From NCBI GenBank assembly GCA_963697895.1, contig OY969100.1, forward strand, positions 1,888,001 to 1,952,000: a stretch of 64,000 nucleotides of DNA, written 5' to 3'. A program made the position numbers and the translations under genes. Within the stretch, counting starts at the first letter, position 1, and the number at the start of each line of letters is the position of its first letter. Below are positions 10,225 to 21,186 of this stretch, piece by piece. The DNA is from an uncultured Methanomicrobiales archaeon (GTDB taxonomy: Archaea > Halobacteriota > Methanomicrobia > Methanomicrobiales > Methanospirillaceae). The notes under the pieces are model-generated. The model ran no database searches. It was not told the origin of the DNA and worked only from the letters and a program-made list of their open reading frames with translations.

Positions 10225-11241
10225 ATGCAATCGAAGATATTATTTGTTTATTTTTTACCGCATCCCTCACACCGGGGATTTGCGGAATCGGTAAATGCCG
10301 ATTTCTGGCACTATAATCATTATTTAAAAAACACACCCCTCCCCAAAATCTTTAAAAGCTCGATCAATGGGATACTCCTCCCAAAGTATGAAGTCTATTT
10401 AACTGAAGGTGGTGCACCGATATCCCCGATCGCAATGAAAAAAATACTCGGGAGCCGATCCGTTCATATCAACCTGATTGCGGACGAGACGTTCATGATG
10501 ATGGAACAGACCCCAGAAGAAATGAAGAATATCTATTCCCCATTCGTCAACATCGCTCATAAAATGGCCTCACGATATATTGATGGTGCTATTGCGGTCT
10601 CAAAAATGGCAAAAGAGAATGCAGAACAGTTTATTGATAAACCTATCCGGATTGTTTATCCCTTTATTGAGGATTCGCTTTATGAACAACTCGGACCGGT
10701 TGAACCTTGTATTCAGGACCATATCGTTCTGTCCATTGGATACGGGAAGCACGCGAAAGGTATGGATATCCTTATCCAAGCATTCAAAATTGTGAAAGAA
10801 CATGTTGAGGATGCTGAAATATATATAATCGGAAAGGACCATCCTGAAGCATGGAATAGGCTAGATAACGTCCATGTATTGGGATTTGTAGATGATCTTA
10901 TTCCGTATTTTTCGAGATCCAGCGTTTTTGTTCAGTCTTCACGTGCGGATACATTTCCAGTTGCAACTCTCGAAAGTATTCGTGCCGGGTTGCCAACAAT
11001 TGTGTCAGATAAAACTGGTACTAAAGAAGTTATTCATGAACTGGGACCCGAATTTGTGCGAAAAGTTCAGTCTGAGGATATTGCAGAAGGGATCCTTCAT
11101 TATTTCGAATTGTCGACTTCGAAGAAGATGGAACTTTCATTAAAATCTAAAAAATTGGGGGCAAAGTTCAATAAAAAGGAGATGTGTGAATTATTTAAAA
11201 AAGAATTCACTTCATTGATACAAATGATAGATGATAATTAA
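10225..11241 (+). CDS. Glycosyltransferase family 4 (group 1)
   Basis: IAVSK, KGMDILIQAF, DTFPVATLESIRAGLP. Confidence 0.85.
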   Translation: MQSKILFVYFLPHPSHRGFAESVNADFWHYNHYLKNTPLPKIFKSSINGILLPKYEVYLTEGGAPISPIAMKKILGSRSVHINLIADETFMMMEQTPEEMKNIYSPFVNIAHKMASRYIDGAIAVSKMAKENAEQFIDKPIRIVYPFIEDSLYEQLGPVEPCIQDHIVLSIGYGKHAKGMDILIQAFKIVKEHVEDAEIYIIGKDHPEAWNRLDNVHVLGFVDDLIPYFSRSSVFVQSSRADTFPVATLESIRAGLPTIVSDKTGTKEVIHELGPEFVRKVQSEDIAEGILHYFELSTSKKMELSLKSKKLGAKFNKKEMCELFKKEFTSLIQMIDDN

Positions 11242-11274
11242 TTCCTCTGACTCACTTCTAGCTGAAATGGATTT

Positions 11275-12010
11275 CTATAATTTTATACCAATTCTTCCTG
11301 TATAATCAATTCTATTTAAAAGAATGCGAATATCATTTTCAACGATATATTTATCAACAGACTTCTTTTGCGCCTTGCCAATGCCCGTAGTCATCAATGA
11401 TCAAAATACCATTTGTGCTTAATTTCGGGAATAGGAATAATAATTCATGATAGGTGGATTCAAACCAGTCTGTATCTAGCCTAAGAATTGCTATTTTATC
11501 AGAGATAACACGAGGAATGGTCTCTTCTACCATCCCCTTTATGAATTTTATATTCTCGGTGGGATAATTTGTTGAATAAACATTCTTCATGGTTGTTTCG
11601 AGTGCAGAATAAGCATTGACATCGGATTTTTTGTAGATTTCAATCGCTTTCCGACCTTTTAAATCAATATTTGATTCATCTGCAGGCTTCGGCATACCTT
11701 CAAATGTGTCATATAGATATATCTTTCTCGATGTATTCCCGAATTCGATCAAACTTAATGCACAGAGCATGATGCTTCCGCCTTGCCAGACTCCACATTC
11801 GACAATATCACCTTCAATGTTATTCTTTTCAACGAATTCGATTGACTTATAGAGCGAATACATTCGTTCTTTAGATGTCATAGAATAATTTTTACATTGA
11901 GAAAAAATCTTTGTAAATGTAACGTCATTATCAATGTCGGGATATTGTTTTTCAATACTTGAAACATCATATCCCATTTTGTTCAAAATTCTTTTTAAAA
12001 ATCCTTTCAT
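11275..12010 (-). CDS. TylF/MycF/NovP-family O-methyltransferase (1-nt frameshift near 11368)
   Basis: GDIVECGVWQGGS, DTFEGMP, LRLDTDWFEST, IIDDYGHWQGA; removing one A restores KKSVDKY...RIDYTGRIGIKL* ending at 11275. Confidence 0.85.
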
Positions 12011-12149
12011 ATTATAGTAACTTATTTAAATCAAGTAATTTATTTCATTCGATAGATCTCGGATTTAAGAGAACTAAAGAAAGTGATAACTTTTAAGTTA
12101 TTTCTTTTAAAAAAATTCATACTAATGAATATCGCAATTAGAATCACTT

Positions 12150-12962
12150 TTATTCTATTTTTTTTGCTTTCATTGTCATTTCAAATACTTTATTAGGTAT
12201 TTCTGGAAATTTAGAGAATTTTTCAGGGTATTTTTCACGAGTAAAAATCGCACAGAGGGTATTCGATACATGATAAAGATTTGTCCTGAATTCCTCTGGG
12301 CATCCTGCTAAAATTCCGGCAACTGTTTCCCACTTAATGTGTTCGGGCGTAAAACCATAATCATGCCAAACAATTATAGAATTTTCATCTTTCAGCAATT
12401 TAAAGGCATTTCTAGTATCTGATTCAATCGCATATTTACTATGATCACCATCGATAAATATCATGTCAAATTTTTTATTTAACAAATTAAAATTATACAA
12501 AGTAGAATCCGCCTCAATATACTCCACATTCTTGAGATTTTTCGAGAAAAAATTTACATTATCAATAATGCTATTTCGATAACCCATTTTAACCATTTCT
12601 TCCTTCGATAGGCTGATTGAATAACAAAAATCGGCTATTTCGGCAACATTAGCAATGCTCTCACCTCTCCATGTGCCAATTTCTAAATATTGACAATGAG
12701 GAAACTTCTTGGCAAACGATTTTAGTAATGCATAATCGATAGGGGTGGAACCATCACTCAGCATACTCAGGGGATAAACGGTTTCCGAGAAATATGGAAA
12801 CAAATCTAAAAGGTCTACGGTTGGAAATCCTTTAGGATAACCGTATGTGGTTTTTACATAATGCGCATAATCTGTGTCGTCTTGGTTTAAGACCAAGGCA
12901 ATCTTTCGGGGGTTTCGAATTAATTCTCGTGATATCTGAGTTATATGATGGAATCTGAACAT
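12150..12962 (-). CDS. Class I SAM-dependent methyltransferase (Methyltransf_24-like)
   Basis: YLEIGTWRGES, FDMIFIDGDH, IVWHDY. Confidence 0.82.
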   Translation of the reverse strand: MFRFHHITQISRELIRNPRKIALVLNQDDTDYAHYVKTTYGYPKGFPTVDLLDLFPYFSETVYPLSMLSDGSTPIDYALLKSFAKKFPHCQYLEIGTWRGESIANVAEIADFCYSISLSKEEMVKMGYRNSIIDNVNFFSKNLKNVEYIEADSTLYNFNLLNKKFDMIFIDGDHSKYAIESDTRNAFKLLKDENSIIVWHDYGFTPEHIKWETVAGILAGCPEEFRTNLYHVSNTLCAIFTREKYPEKFSKFPEIPNKVFEMTMKAKKIE

Positions 12963-13119
12963 TGTTTCTCCAAAATAGGTATCTAAATCCTTCGATTTAT
13001 ACTGTTGGAATTAGTTGATTATGCATTAGATAATACTCAACATGCTCAAATTAAAATTCCCAAAATACGTTTAGGATGATATCGTATATGATTAAACCAA
13101 TGAAATACAAAGTTGAATT

Positions 13120-14266
13120 GTGAATCGATATTAGAATACTGCTAATACATTCGGCGAAATGGGAAGAGCTTACCGGAATAAGGACACATATTTGTAATCT
13201 TGCACAAGCCCTGACGAGAAGAGGTCATCATGTAACAATAATCATGCGCAGCAGAATAGCCTCGGGATTTTCAGAAGGTGGAGTGCAGTTTGTGCTTGTT
13301 TCCACAATATACCAATTTTATAAGAATATCCGAGAAGAGAAAGGACGTGCAGATATAACTCATTGTCACGATTTGCTATCCGTATTCGCCTGTCTTCCGC
13401 GATGGCATTCTAAGTACATCTATACAAACCATTCAGTGCTCGTGGATCCCGAATTTCATTTAAGTTACTACGAATGGCAGCATAGGGAAAAGCTGGCATT
13501 AAAAGAAAAAGCAAAATTTGCACTTATAACATTGGTAGGGCGTTATTTACTCCGCGATATGCAGACAATTGCCGTGAGTAATTTTATCAGCGTAAAATTA
13601 TCGAAGATATACCATGTTCCAGAGGCACATATTGTTGTCATTCACAATGGTGTGAATCCGAATGATTTCCTGGATAAGCATTCATTGAAAATCAAAACAG
13701 AATGCTGTACCGTTCTCTTTCTCAAACCAAACGACACGCGAAAAGGGTTTCATCACCTTGTGGAGGCAATACCTCGGGTGTTAGCAGAAAATCCTGACAC
13801 AAGGTTTATTGTTGCAGGTTCAGATGCAGCTGGCGATTATAGGATATATATTCATGATTTGTTGGAAAAATACAATATTACTAACAAAGTAATATTCACG
13901 GGTAATGTTCCTTTCTCCGAATTGATTTCCTTGTATCAATCTGCTACTATTGTTACGATGCCTTCTGTTTATGAAGCATTTGGAATTGTCGCACTTGAAG
14001 CTGGGGTCAGCGGAAAACCAGTTGTCGCTTCGGATGTGGGGGGAATCGGAGAAATCATTATCCATGGGAAAACCGGGTGTCTAGTGAATACGAAAGATCC
14101 CTCTGTTTTTGCCAATACGATGTTAAAATTGTTACAGAATTCATCCCTGCGTGAGGAAATGGGGAAAAATGCAAAGAGAAGAATTCAAGAAAATTTTACA
14201 TGGGAAAAAATAAGTGGGGATGTTGAACGGGTTTATCAAAAGGTCATCGATCTGAAGCGACAATGA
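13120..14266 (+). CDS. Glycosyltransferase family 4 (true start probably GTG 13120, one base out of frame)
   Basis: EAFGIVALEAGVSGKPVVASDVGG; the frame stays open upstream of 13244 with a typical N-terminus (RILLIH...TGIRTHICNLAQALTRRGHHVTII). Confidence 0.85.
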
Positions 14267-14311
14267 AACAGAAAGATACGTTCCCCATAGAGAGCACTTA
14301 TAATCCTCAAA

Positions 14312-16915
14312 ATGCCAGATAAATATGAGAGCATGGTTTCCGATACATCTTATGCGAAATATCAAAAATACATCATCCCCATCATTCTGGTAATTCTGGC
14401 AATTTTTGCGCTTTGGATCCGGTTACTTCCTGCGATACAGCTTGGACAGGGTGACCCGCTGAACATCACAGGAAGCGATGACCCATTGTATAATCTAAGG
14501 CAGATCGAGCTGATGGTCAGACAGTTCCCTGCCTACCCGTGGTTTGACCCGATGACCTACTATCCCTTTGGAAACACCGTCCATTGGGGACCCTTGTTCA
14601 TCCTGATATCATCGTCAGTTGTGCTCATTGCAGGGGCAGCGGCCACCCGTACTGAACTGATTTCAGTGGCACTGGTTGTGGCACCCATAATGGCCGCGGT
14701 GATGATCCCGATCATGTACCTGTTGGTGAGGAGACTTGCAGATTGGAAGGCAGGACTCATCGCGGCGCTTTTTATCACGGTCATCTCCGGTCAGTACTTC
14801 TTCCGGTCCCTCTACGGGTATCTCGATCACCATATCGCCGAAGTCCTGTTTGGCGTTCTTTTCATTTTCCTGTACATATATGCGCTTCAATCGGTTCGCA
14901 AAAACAAAATCGATCTTCGGAAATGGGAAACCCTGAAGATGCCCATCTTATATTCGATACCCGCCGGCATCGCATATATCCTCGGGCTGGCCACGATGCC
15001 GACGATGATCCTGTTTGCCCTCCTTATCACGATCTTTACAGTATTCCAGTTTATATGGGATTTTTACCGTCACCGCACTGGAGAATACCTGGTACTCATC
15101 AATACCGTGGTATTTCTCTTGGCGATTCTCGGATTTTTCCTGATCGGGCAGCATGATACTGCGCTACAGTTTATCACCTACTCCATAGTTCACCCGATCG
15201 CATATCTCCTCGTGATACTGGGGACCATCTTTTTGTTCCTTTTAAGCCGGTTTTTGACCGGGAAAAAGGAGTATTACTATCCCCTCACGATCATTGCGAT
15301 TGGAATTGTAGGAGCTCTGCTTCTCTATGTGATATCCCCCCAGTTATTTGGAAGTATTTTTAACGGTCTTAGTTTGTTTTTCGCGCAGAGTTCTGGGTTT
15401 CTAACCATCCAGGAAGCAAGATCATGGACCCTCGTGGATGCGTGGGGGGCATTTAATTATGGCCTCATCCTGATGGCCCTTGGGTTTGTCGTCCTTCTAT
15501 ACCAGTTGTGGAAGAATAAACGGGAAGAACACCTGCTGGTGTTGATCTGGTCGGTGGTAATGCTCTATGCAACCATACAGCATGTCCGGTATGAGTATTA
15601 CCTTGCCGCAAATATCGCAATCCTCGGGGCAATTGCAGTCGGATTTGTCATCAACTATACGTGGAAAGATGTAAAAGCGCTCTTCGTGAAATCACCTCCC
15701 CCGGAAGCAAAAGAGGCGGAGTCCAAACCGAAGAGCCCCCTGAAAAAGAGGAAAGAAGCCCAGAAAGCAAAGAAACCAAAGACGAATTACGTGAACGTGA
15801 TCCTGTTTACGATCGTCCTTATCCTTTCCGCCCTGTTCGTGGTTACATCGGTGAACATGGAGTACCAGGTCGGTACCGGAGGCGCGATTCACATGAATCC
15901 TGACTGGCGGGAATCGCTCGAGTGGATGAATACCAACACCCCGGATCCGGGCATCGATTATTACAAGGAATATTCAGCAACAAATTTCACCTATCCCCCC
16001 CAGTCGTACGGGGTCATGTCCTGGTGGGATTACGGCCACATGATCACGTTTATTGCCAAGCGGATCCCGAACGCGAACCCGTTCCAGGAAGGAGCGGGCG
16101 GTCCGAACAGTTCGTCCACGTTCTTCATCACCCAGTCGGAGGATACCGCAAATGACGTCCTCGACGCTCTAGGGACAAAATACGTCATCACCGACATCGA
16201 GATGGATACCCTGAAGTTCTGGGCAATGGCCACCTGGTATAACTCCACGCTCGGGGCATCCCCCTATCAGCAGCCCTTCCTCGTCCCGAGCCAGTCCGAC
16301 CCGAACAGCCTGGAACAGGCGACGCTTTACACCCCGGCCTACTACGAGACGACCATCTCCCGGCTCCATAACTTCGACGGGTCGCTGACCGATGCCGGAC
16401 AGGTCTACTACATCCAGTATACCCTGCCCGAGGCAGCGAATCAGCCATACCCGGTGATCACCGGTGTCCAGCAGATGAACGCGACTGCAGCACAGGAAGC
16501 AGCCGACAGGTATAACAGCAATGCACCTGCGGGAACCCGGGCGGGAGTGTTCGGAACCAACGTATTCCAGCCGGCCGATACGGTTCCGGCCCTCAGCCAC
16601 TACCGTCTCGTCCACGAATCTCCCAGCAACGTGGTGAGTGGTGGCGGCGCCGACGTGAAATACGTGAAGGTCTTCGAGTACGTGCCGGGAGCGAAGATCA
16701 AGGGAGAAGGCGTCATCGAGATCCCGCTGGTGTCGAATACCGGCCGGCAGTTCACCTACCGGCAGGAGAGCGTGAACGGGGAGTTCGTCGTGCCCTATTC
16801 AACCACTGGGAACCCGTATGATGTCAAAGCCACAGGTAAATACCGGATCGTCGGGACCGGCGCGGAGTTTGATGTCAGCGAGGACGCGATCCAGAACGGC
16901 CTGCAGATCAACTGA
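14312..16915 (+). CDS. aglB: Oligosaccharyltransferase AglB (STT3)
   Basis: Multi-TM N-terminal region with DPLYNLR and DHH, TIQEA, catalytic WWDYG, NPFQ, DxxK (DTLK). Confidence 0.95.
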   Translation: MPDKYESMVSDTSYAKYQKYIIPIILVILAIFALWIRLLPAIQLGQGDPLNITGSDDPLYNLRQIELMVRQFPAYPWFDPMTYYPFGNTVHWGPLFILISSSVVLIAGAAATRTELISVALVVAPIMAAVMIPIMYLLVRRLADWKAGLIAALFITVISGQYFFRSLYGYLDHHIAEVLFGVLFIFLYIYALQSVRKNKIDLRKWETLKMPILYSIPAGIAYILGLATMPTMILFALLITIFTVFQFIWDFYRHRTGEYLVLINTVVFLLAILGFFLIGQHDTALQFITYSIVHPIAYLLVILGTIFLFLLSRFLTGKKEYYYPLTIIAIGIVGALLLYVISPQLFGSIFNGLSLFFAQSSGFLTIQEARSWTLVDAWGAFNYGLILMALGFVVLLYQLWKNKREEHLLVLIWSVVMLYATIQHVRYEYYLAANIAILGAIAVGFVINYTWKDVKALFVKSPPPEAKEAESKPKSPLKKRKEAQKAKKPKTNYVNVILFTIVLILSALFVVTSVNMEYQVGTGGAIHMNPDWRESLEWMNTNTPDPGIDYYKEYSATNFTYPPQSYGVMSWWDYGHMITFIAKRIPNANPFQEGAGGPNSSSTFFITQSEDTANDVLDALGTKYVITDIEMDTLKFWAMATWYNSTLGASPYQQPFLVPSQSDPNSLEQATLYTPAYYETTISRLHNFDGSLTDAGQVYYIQYTLPEAANQPYPVITGVQQMNATAAQEAADRYNSNAPAGTRAGVFGTNVFQPADTVPALSHYRLVHESPSNVVSGGGADVKYVKVFEYVPGAKIKGEGVIEIPLVSNTGRQFTYRQESVNGEFVVPYSTTGNPYDVKATGKYRIVGTGAEFDVSEDAIQNGLQIN

Positions 16916-16935
16916 GGAGGCTCCCTCCTCTTTTT
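16914..16935 (+). terminator. Hairpin plus U-tract after aglB
   Basis: GAGGAGG-CTC-CCTCCTC followed by TTTTT. Confidence 0.55.
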
Positions 16936-16941
16936 CATTTC

Positions 16942-17919
16942 ATGACAGACAAGTGCACGGTCATTTACGGGGATATCTTTGCCAAGCACGACATGGACCT
17001 GCACCGGGAGTCCAGCAACCGTATTCGCCTCGCAATAGAAGGTGTCCCCGAAGGGATCACCCATCTCGAGCCCAAATCCGCATCCATCGACGACCTGGAA
17101 CGGGTGCATCATCCCGCCTATATCCGGATGATCCAGGACCTCTGTTCCTACGGGGAACGGCGCTATATCGATATGAACACCTTTGTTACCGCCGACTCAT
17201 TCGAGGTGGCGTCCTCTGCGGCGGGTGCAACGATCCAGGCAGCGGAACGGGCCTCGACCGGGGAGCACTCCTTTGCCCTTGTCCGGCCCCCCGGACATCA
17301 CGCAGAACCGGACCGGGCGATGGGATTCTGCCTCTTTAACAATGCCGCAATCGCGGCGGCAAAGGCGCTCGACTGGATCGAGCGGGTAGCGATCGTCGAC
17401 TGGGACCTCCACCACGGGAACGGGACCCAGAAGATCTTTTATGGGAGCGACCGGGTGCTCTACTGCTCGATCCACCAGGGGAACATCTTCCCGCGGACCG
17501 GATGGGTCGACGAGATCGGGGAAGGAAAGGGGAGGGGATTCACCATCAATGCGCCGATCAGGGCGGGTGCGACCATTGCGGATTATCGTCTCATCTTCGA
17601 CGAAGTGTTCCGTACTGCAATCGAGGATTTCAAACCGGGCCTTCTGATCGTCTCGGCCGGCCAGGACCCTCTCATCGACGACCCGCTTGAAAGCATGCGT
17701 CTTAACCCCCCCGATTTTGGCATTCTAACCAGAATACTCATGGAAGCAGCCGGACGCCCCCTCGCCCTTGTCCTGGAAGGCGGGTATGGCCCCTCGCTTG
17801 GCCATGCAACGGGACACATTTTTCGTGCGTTACAGGGGGAGGTCACTGAAATACCGGAACTCTCCGCCCGTGACAGTACCGTGAGGCTCGTCCGTGATCT
17901 GAAGAAGATCGTTGTGTAG
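16942..17919 (+). CDS. Histone deacetylase family protein
   Basis: RPPGHHA, GFCLFNN, DWDLHHGNGTQ, SAGQD, LEGGY. Confidence 0.93.
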   Translation: MTDKCTVIYGDIFAKHDMDLHRESSNRIRLAIEGVPEGITHLEPKSASIDDLERVHHPAYIRMIQDLCSYGERRYIDMNTFVTADSFEVASSAAGATIQAAERASTGEHSFALVRPPGHHAEPDRAMGFCLFNNAAIAAAKALDWIERVAIVDWDLHHGNGTQKIFYGSDRVLYCSIHQGNIFPRTGWVDEIGEGKGRGFTINAPIRAGATIADYRLIFDEVFRTAIEDFKPGLLIVSAGQDPLIDDPLESMRLNPPDFGILTRILMEAAGRPLALVLEGGYGPSLGHATGHIFRALQGEVTEIPELSARDSTVRLVRDLKKIVV

Positions 17920-17962
17920 TCGGATGATACCTTTATGGTCAGGATAGCACTGATCTCCATGC

Positions 17963-18256
17963 ATGCAGGCTGCAGAGATCGCGGTCGGAATGAAGGTCCG
18001 GTATTCGCGCACGGGAACCACGGGGACCGTCGTCCGGATCGAGGAGGAACAGGGGAGCCTCTTTGCAGAGATCGACACCACCCATCTCTTCTACCGGGTC
18101 GATCAGCTCTCCCGTGCCGGTGCCACCGAAAAGAAACAGGAGAAGAAGCACGAGGATCTGATCGAACAGCTCGAAAAAGAGAGGGAATATGTTTCCGGGG
18201 CCGGTTTTGCCGAGGCAATCAGCCACTCGGACCAGAGCTGCGAGGGCGGGGGCTAA
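17963..18256 (+). CDS. DUF2098-family methanogen protein
   Basis: VRYSRTGTTGTV..W/F..ID.T.L.Y pattern and C-terminal CEGGG. Confidence 0.7.
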   Translation: MQAAEIAVGMKVRYSRTGTTGTVVRIEEEQGSLFAEIDTTHLFYRVDQLSRAGATEKKQEKKHEDLIEQLEKEREYVSGAGFAEAISHSDQSCEGGG

Positions 18257-18675
18257 TCCGAGACCGTTATGGTGGTCAGTTTCACCGACTCAACCCCTTT
18301 TTGCGACATAAGGCGTTCTGCAAGCGTCTTTAATTGAGAGCCGTCACCCCGGACCAGGATGACTTCCAGGCAGCGATCATGGGTGACATGCGAGTGCAGT
18401 GATGCCTGGATGATGCTCATGAATTCATGCTGGATATCGGTCAGCGTGGTGAGAAGACCCCGTTGCTCATGGTCGTATATCATGGTGATGACGCCCTGCC
18501 GTTCTCCCTTGACGTCGGACATCCACTTATAATACTGGATATAATTCCGGATCGCATCCCGGATGCCTTCCGATCGGGAGGAATATCCCCGGTAATTAAT
18601 GATCTCATCGAATTTATCCAGAAGGTTCTTGGGAAGGGATATTCCTATTCGTGAAAGCTCCGTGTCCATAGTCAT
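18253..18675 (-). CDS. nikR: Nickel-responsive regulator NikR
   Basis: RHH RIGISLP...SRSEGIRDAIR; YDHE, QH, HSHVTHDRCLEV Ni ligands; start 18675 or 18669. Confidence 0.95.
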   Translation of the reverse strand: MTMDTELSRIGISLPKNLLDKFDEIINYRGYSSRSEGIRDAIRNYIQYYKWMSDVKGERQGVITMIYDHEQRGLLTTLTDIQHEFMSIIQASLHSHVTHDRCLEVILVRGDGSQLKTLAERLMSQKGVESVKLTTITVSD

Positions 18676-18754
18676 ACGAGAATCCTCTTTCTCCTGTATC
18701 TGTTCATCCTTCACTTTTAACCTTTCGAAGATCCGGAGAGGTTCCGTAATACTT

Positions 18755-18817
18755 GGTATGAAATTCAGGATGATCGACTGCTGCCCGGTCCTTTTCATAC
18801 CTTTTATACATAAAAGG
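18755..18817. promoter_or_regulatory. Inverted repeats upstream of nikR (candidate operator/promoter)
   Basis: GGTATGAAA(18755-63)...TTTCATACC(18793-801) and CCTTTTAT-AC-ATAAAAGG(18800-17). Confidence 0.4.
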
Positions 18818-18970
18818 CAGATTATATTACCTTGTACACCACAGTTATAAAAAGAAGTCCGGATATCACATCCATATCGAACGGTTATATCTCATCGAAT
18901 TGAGAAATAATCCCCATTATGAGTATATTCAGGACCAAGCACCCGGGGGAGAAGGAGGTCGGAATTATCC

Positions 18971-20206
18971 GTGCATGATGCAACCATTCCCAGTGTCAAT
19001 ATCGGGGTCGTAGGCCATGTCGATCATGGGAAGACTACGCTGGTATATGGCCTGACGGAAAACTGGACAGATCGGCATAGCGAAGAGATCAAGAGAGGTA
19101 TCTCCATCCGGCTCGGATATGCAGATGCGATCTTCTACCGGTGCGAAGGGTGTCAGGGATCCGATGCCTATACGTCGAAGGCAGCCTGCCCTGCCTGCGG
19201 ATCCAAGCCCGTTCCGTTCCGTGCCGTCTCGTTCGTGGATGCACCGGGGCACGAGACTCTCATGGCGACCATGCTCTCGGGATCTGCGCTGATGGATGGA
19301 GCGATGCTGGTTATTGCCGCCAACGAACCCTGTCCTCAGCCGCAGACAAAGGAGCACCTGATGGCGCTCGAGCTGGTCGGCATCAATCGGATCGTGATCG
19401 TCCAGAACAAGATCGATGTGGTCAGCCAGAAAGACGCAAAACTCCATTATGAACAGATAAAAAAGTTCATTAAAGGGACCATTGCAGAGAAGGCTCCGAT
19501 TATTCCCGTCTCTGCGCAACGGAATATAAACCTCGGGGCACTTATTGAGGCACTTGATGAGACCATCCCCGAACCGGAACGGGATCCCGAAGCCGAACCC
19601 ATGATGCTGATCGCCCGTTCCTTTGACATAAATAAGCCGGGATGCAACTGGAAAGAGATCAAAGGAGGGGTAATCGGGGGATCGCTCATCCGTGGCGTAT
19701 TGAAAGAAGGCGATGATATCGAGATCCGACCGGGCCGACAGACCCAGGTGGAGAACCGGATCCGTTGGGAGCCTATCGAGACGAAGATCACCACGATAAA
19801 TGCCGGTTCCAAAAAGGTCACCGACGCTGCACCAGGGGGCCTTCTCGGCGTGGGGACGAAACTGGATCCGGCACTGACGAAGAGCGATGCGCTTGCAGGT
19901 CAGGTAGCAGGCCACGTGGGTGCCCTTCCCCCGGTCTGGGATAAACTGAAGTTCCATGTCACCCTCATGGAGCGGGTTGTCGGATCCAGCAGCGAACTGG
20001 TGATCGAACCTTTGAAACACCATGAACCACTCATGCTTTCCGTGGGGACCGCAGTCACGGTCGGTGTGGTCACCAATACGAAGAAGGACACGGTTGAGGT
20101 ATCCCTGAAAAGGCCGGTATGTGCAGAAGTGGGGGCACGGATCGCGATCAGCCGGCAGGTCGGAGCACGGTGGCGCTTAATCGGGATGGGAGTGCTGACC
20201 GAGTGA
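18971..20206 (+). CDS. eif2g: Translation initiation factor 2 subunit gamma
   Basis: [20 protein letters not shown], Zn knuckle, DAPGHE, NKID, WRLIG. Confidence 0.97.
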   Translation: MHDATIPSVNIGVVGHVDHGKTTLVYGLTENWTDRHSEEIKRGISIRLGYADAIFYRCEGCQGSDAYTSKAACPACGSKPVPFRAVSFVDAPGHETLMATMLSGSALMDGAMLVIAANEPCPQPQTKEHLMALELVGINRIVIVQNKIDVVSQKDAKLHYEQIKKFIKGTIAEKAPIIPVSAQRNINLGALIEALDETIPEPERDPEAEPMMLIARSFDINKPGCNWKEIKGGVIGGSLIRGVLKEGDDIEIRPGRQTQVENRIRWEPIETKITTINAGSKKVTDAAPGGLLGVGTKLDPALTKSDALAGQVAGHVGALPPVWDKLKFHVTLMERVVGSSSELVIEPLKHHEPLMLSVGTAVTVGVVTNTKKDTVEVSLKRPVCAEVGARIAISRQVGARWRLIGMGVLTE

Positions 20207-20583
20207 AGGTCCTCCTGGATGCCAATGCGCTCATGATGCCCGCACAATTCAGGATCGACCTCTTTAGCGAATTACGGGAACTTGTCGGGAAGCCGGAACC
20301 TCTCGTGATTCAGGCGGTAATCGACGAGCTGAAAGGGCTTGCCCGGGGAAGGGGTTCCGGGGGTGGAGCCGCCCGGTTCGGCCTGACCCTGGTTGAACGG
20401 TGCTCGGTTGTGGAGAGCGGGTCTCCCGGTTCGGCAGTCGATCAACAGATCCTTGGCTGTGCGAAGCGGTCGGGGTGTATGGTATTAACGAATGACAGAA
20501 AGCTCAGGAAAGCCCTTCTGACGGAGGGTATAACCGTTATATCATTGAAAAACCAGAAAACACTGGGAATGATGAGACAATAG
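20203..20583 (+). CDS. PIN-domain protein (Fcf1/Utp24-like)
   Basis: GTG start overlapping the eif2g stop; [21 protein letters not shown]; conserved position after aIF2gamma. Confidence 0.85.
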   Translation: MKVLLDANALMMPAQFRIDLFSELRELVGKPEPLVIQAVIDELKGLARGRGSGGGAARFGLTLVERCSVVESGSPGSAVDQQILGCAKRSGCMVLTNDRKLRKALLTEGITVISLKNQKTLGMMRQ

Positions 20584-20591
20584 GTGGGAAT

Positions 20592-21186
20592 ATGTATTAC
20601 CGAATGAAGCTTGAGGACAAAGTGCGTGTACCGCCTCACCGGTTGGGGGAGGAGTTATCCCGGGTCATTCTGGACGTGCTGCAGGAGCAGGCTCGAAGGG
20701 AGCATCGACAAGGAGATCGGTGTATTCATCGCGATAACGAAAGTGCTGGACATCGGAGAAGGGGAACTGGTACCGGGGGACGGGGCAGTCTATTACGATG
20801 TGACTTTTGAAGGGGTTGTTCTCCGCCTTTCCCTTCAGGAAGTGATCGAAGGGCTGGTGGTGGAAACAACCAGTTTTGGTGCCTTTGTGAGCCTGGGTCC
20901 CATAGATGCAATGCTCCATGTGAGCCAGATATCGGATGAATATATCAATTATGATGAGAAGAATGCCCGGCTTATCTGCCAGGAATCAAAACGTTTTATC
21001 GGTGTCGGAGAAACTGTCAGGTCACGGGTGGTCACCCTCTCCCTGAATGAACGGGAACCCCGGGACAGTAAAATCGGTCTGACAATGCGACAATCGGGAC
21101 TTGGCACCGCACGCTGGCTGGAAGAGGACATGCAGAAAGATAAGGACCGGGATAAGGAGAAAGGTGGTGAACGTGGCCGTATCTAA
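20592..21186 (+). CDS. rpoE1: RNA polymerase subunit Rpo7 (E'), 1-nt frameshift near 20690
   Basis: MYYRMKLEDKVRVPPHRLGE joins LEGSIDKEIG...GPIDAMLHVSQI...IGLTMRQ on removing one G. Confidence 0.92.

Noticed and set aside
9983-10336. 117-aa hydrophobic - strand ORF
   Set aside because: Overlaps the GT4 start and the AT-rich divergent promoter region; low-complexity, no motif
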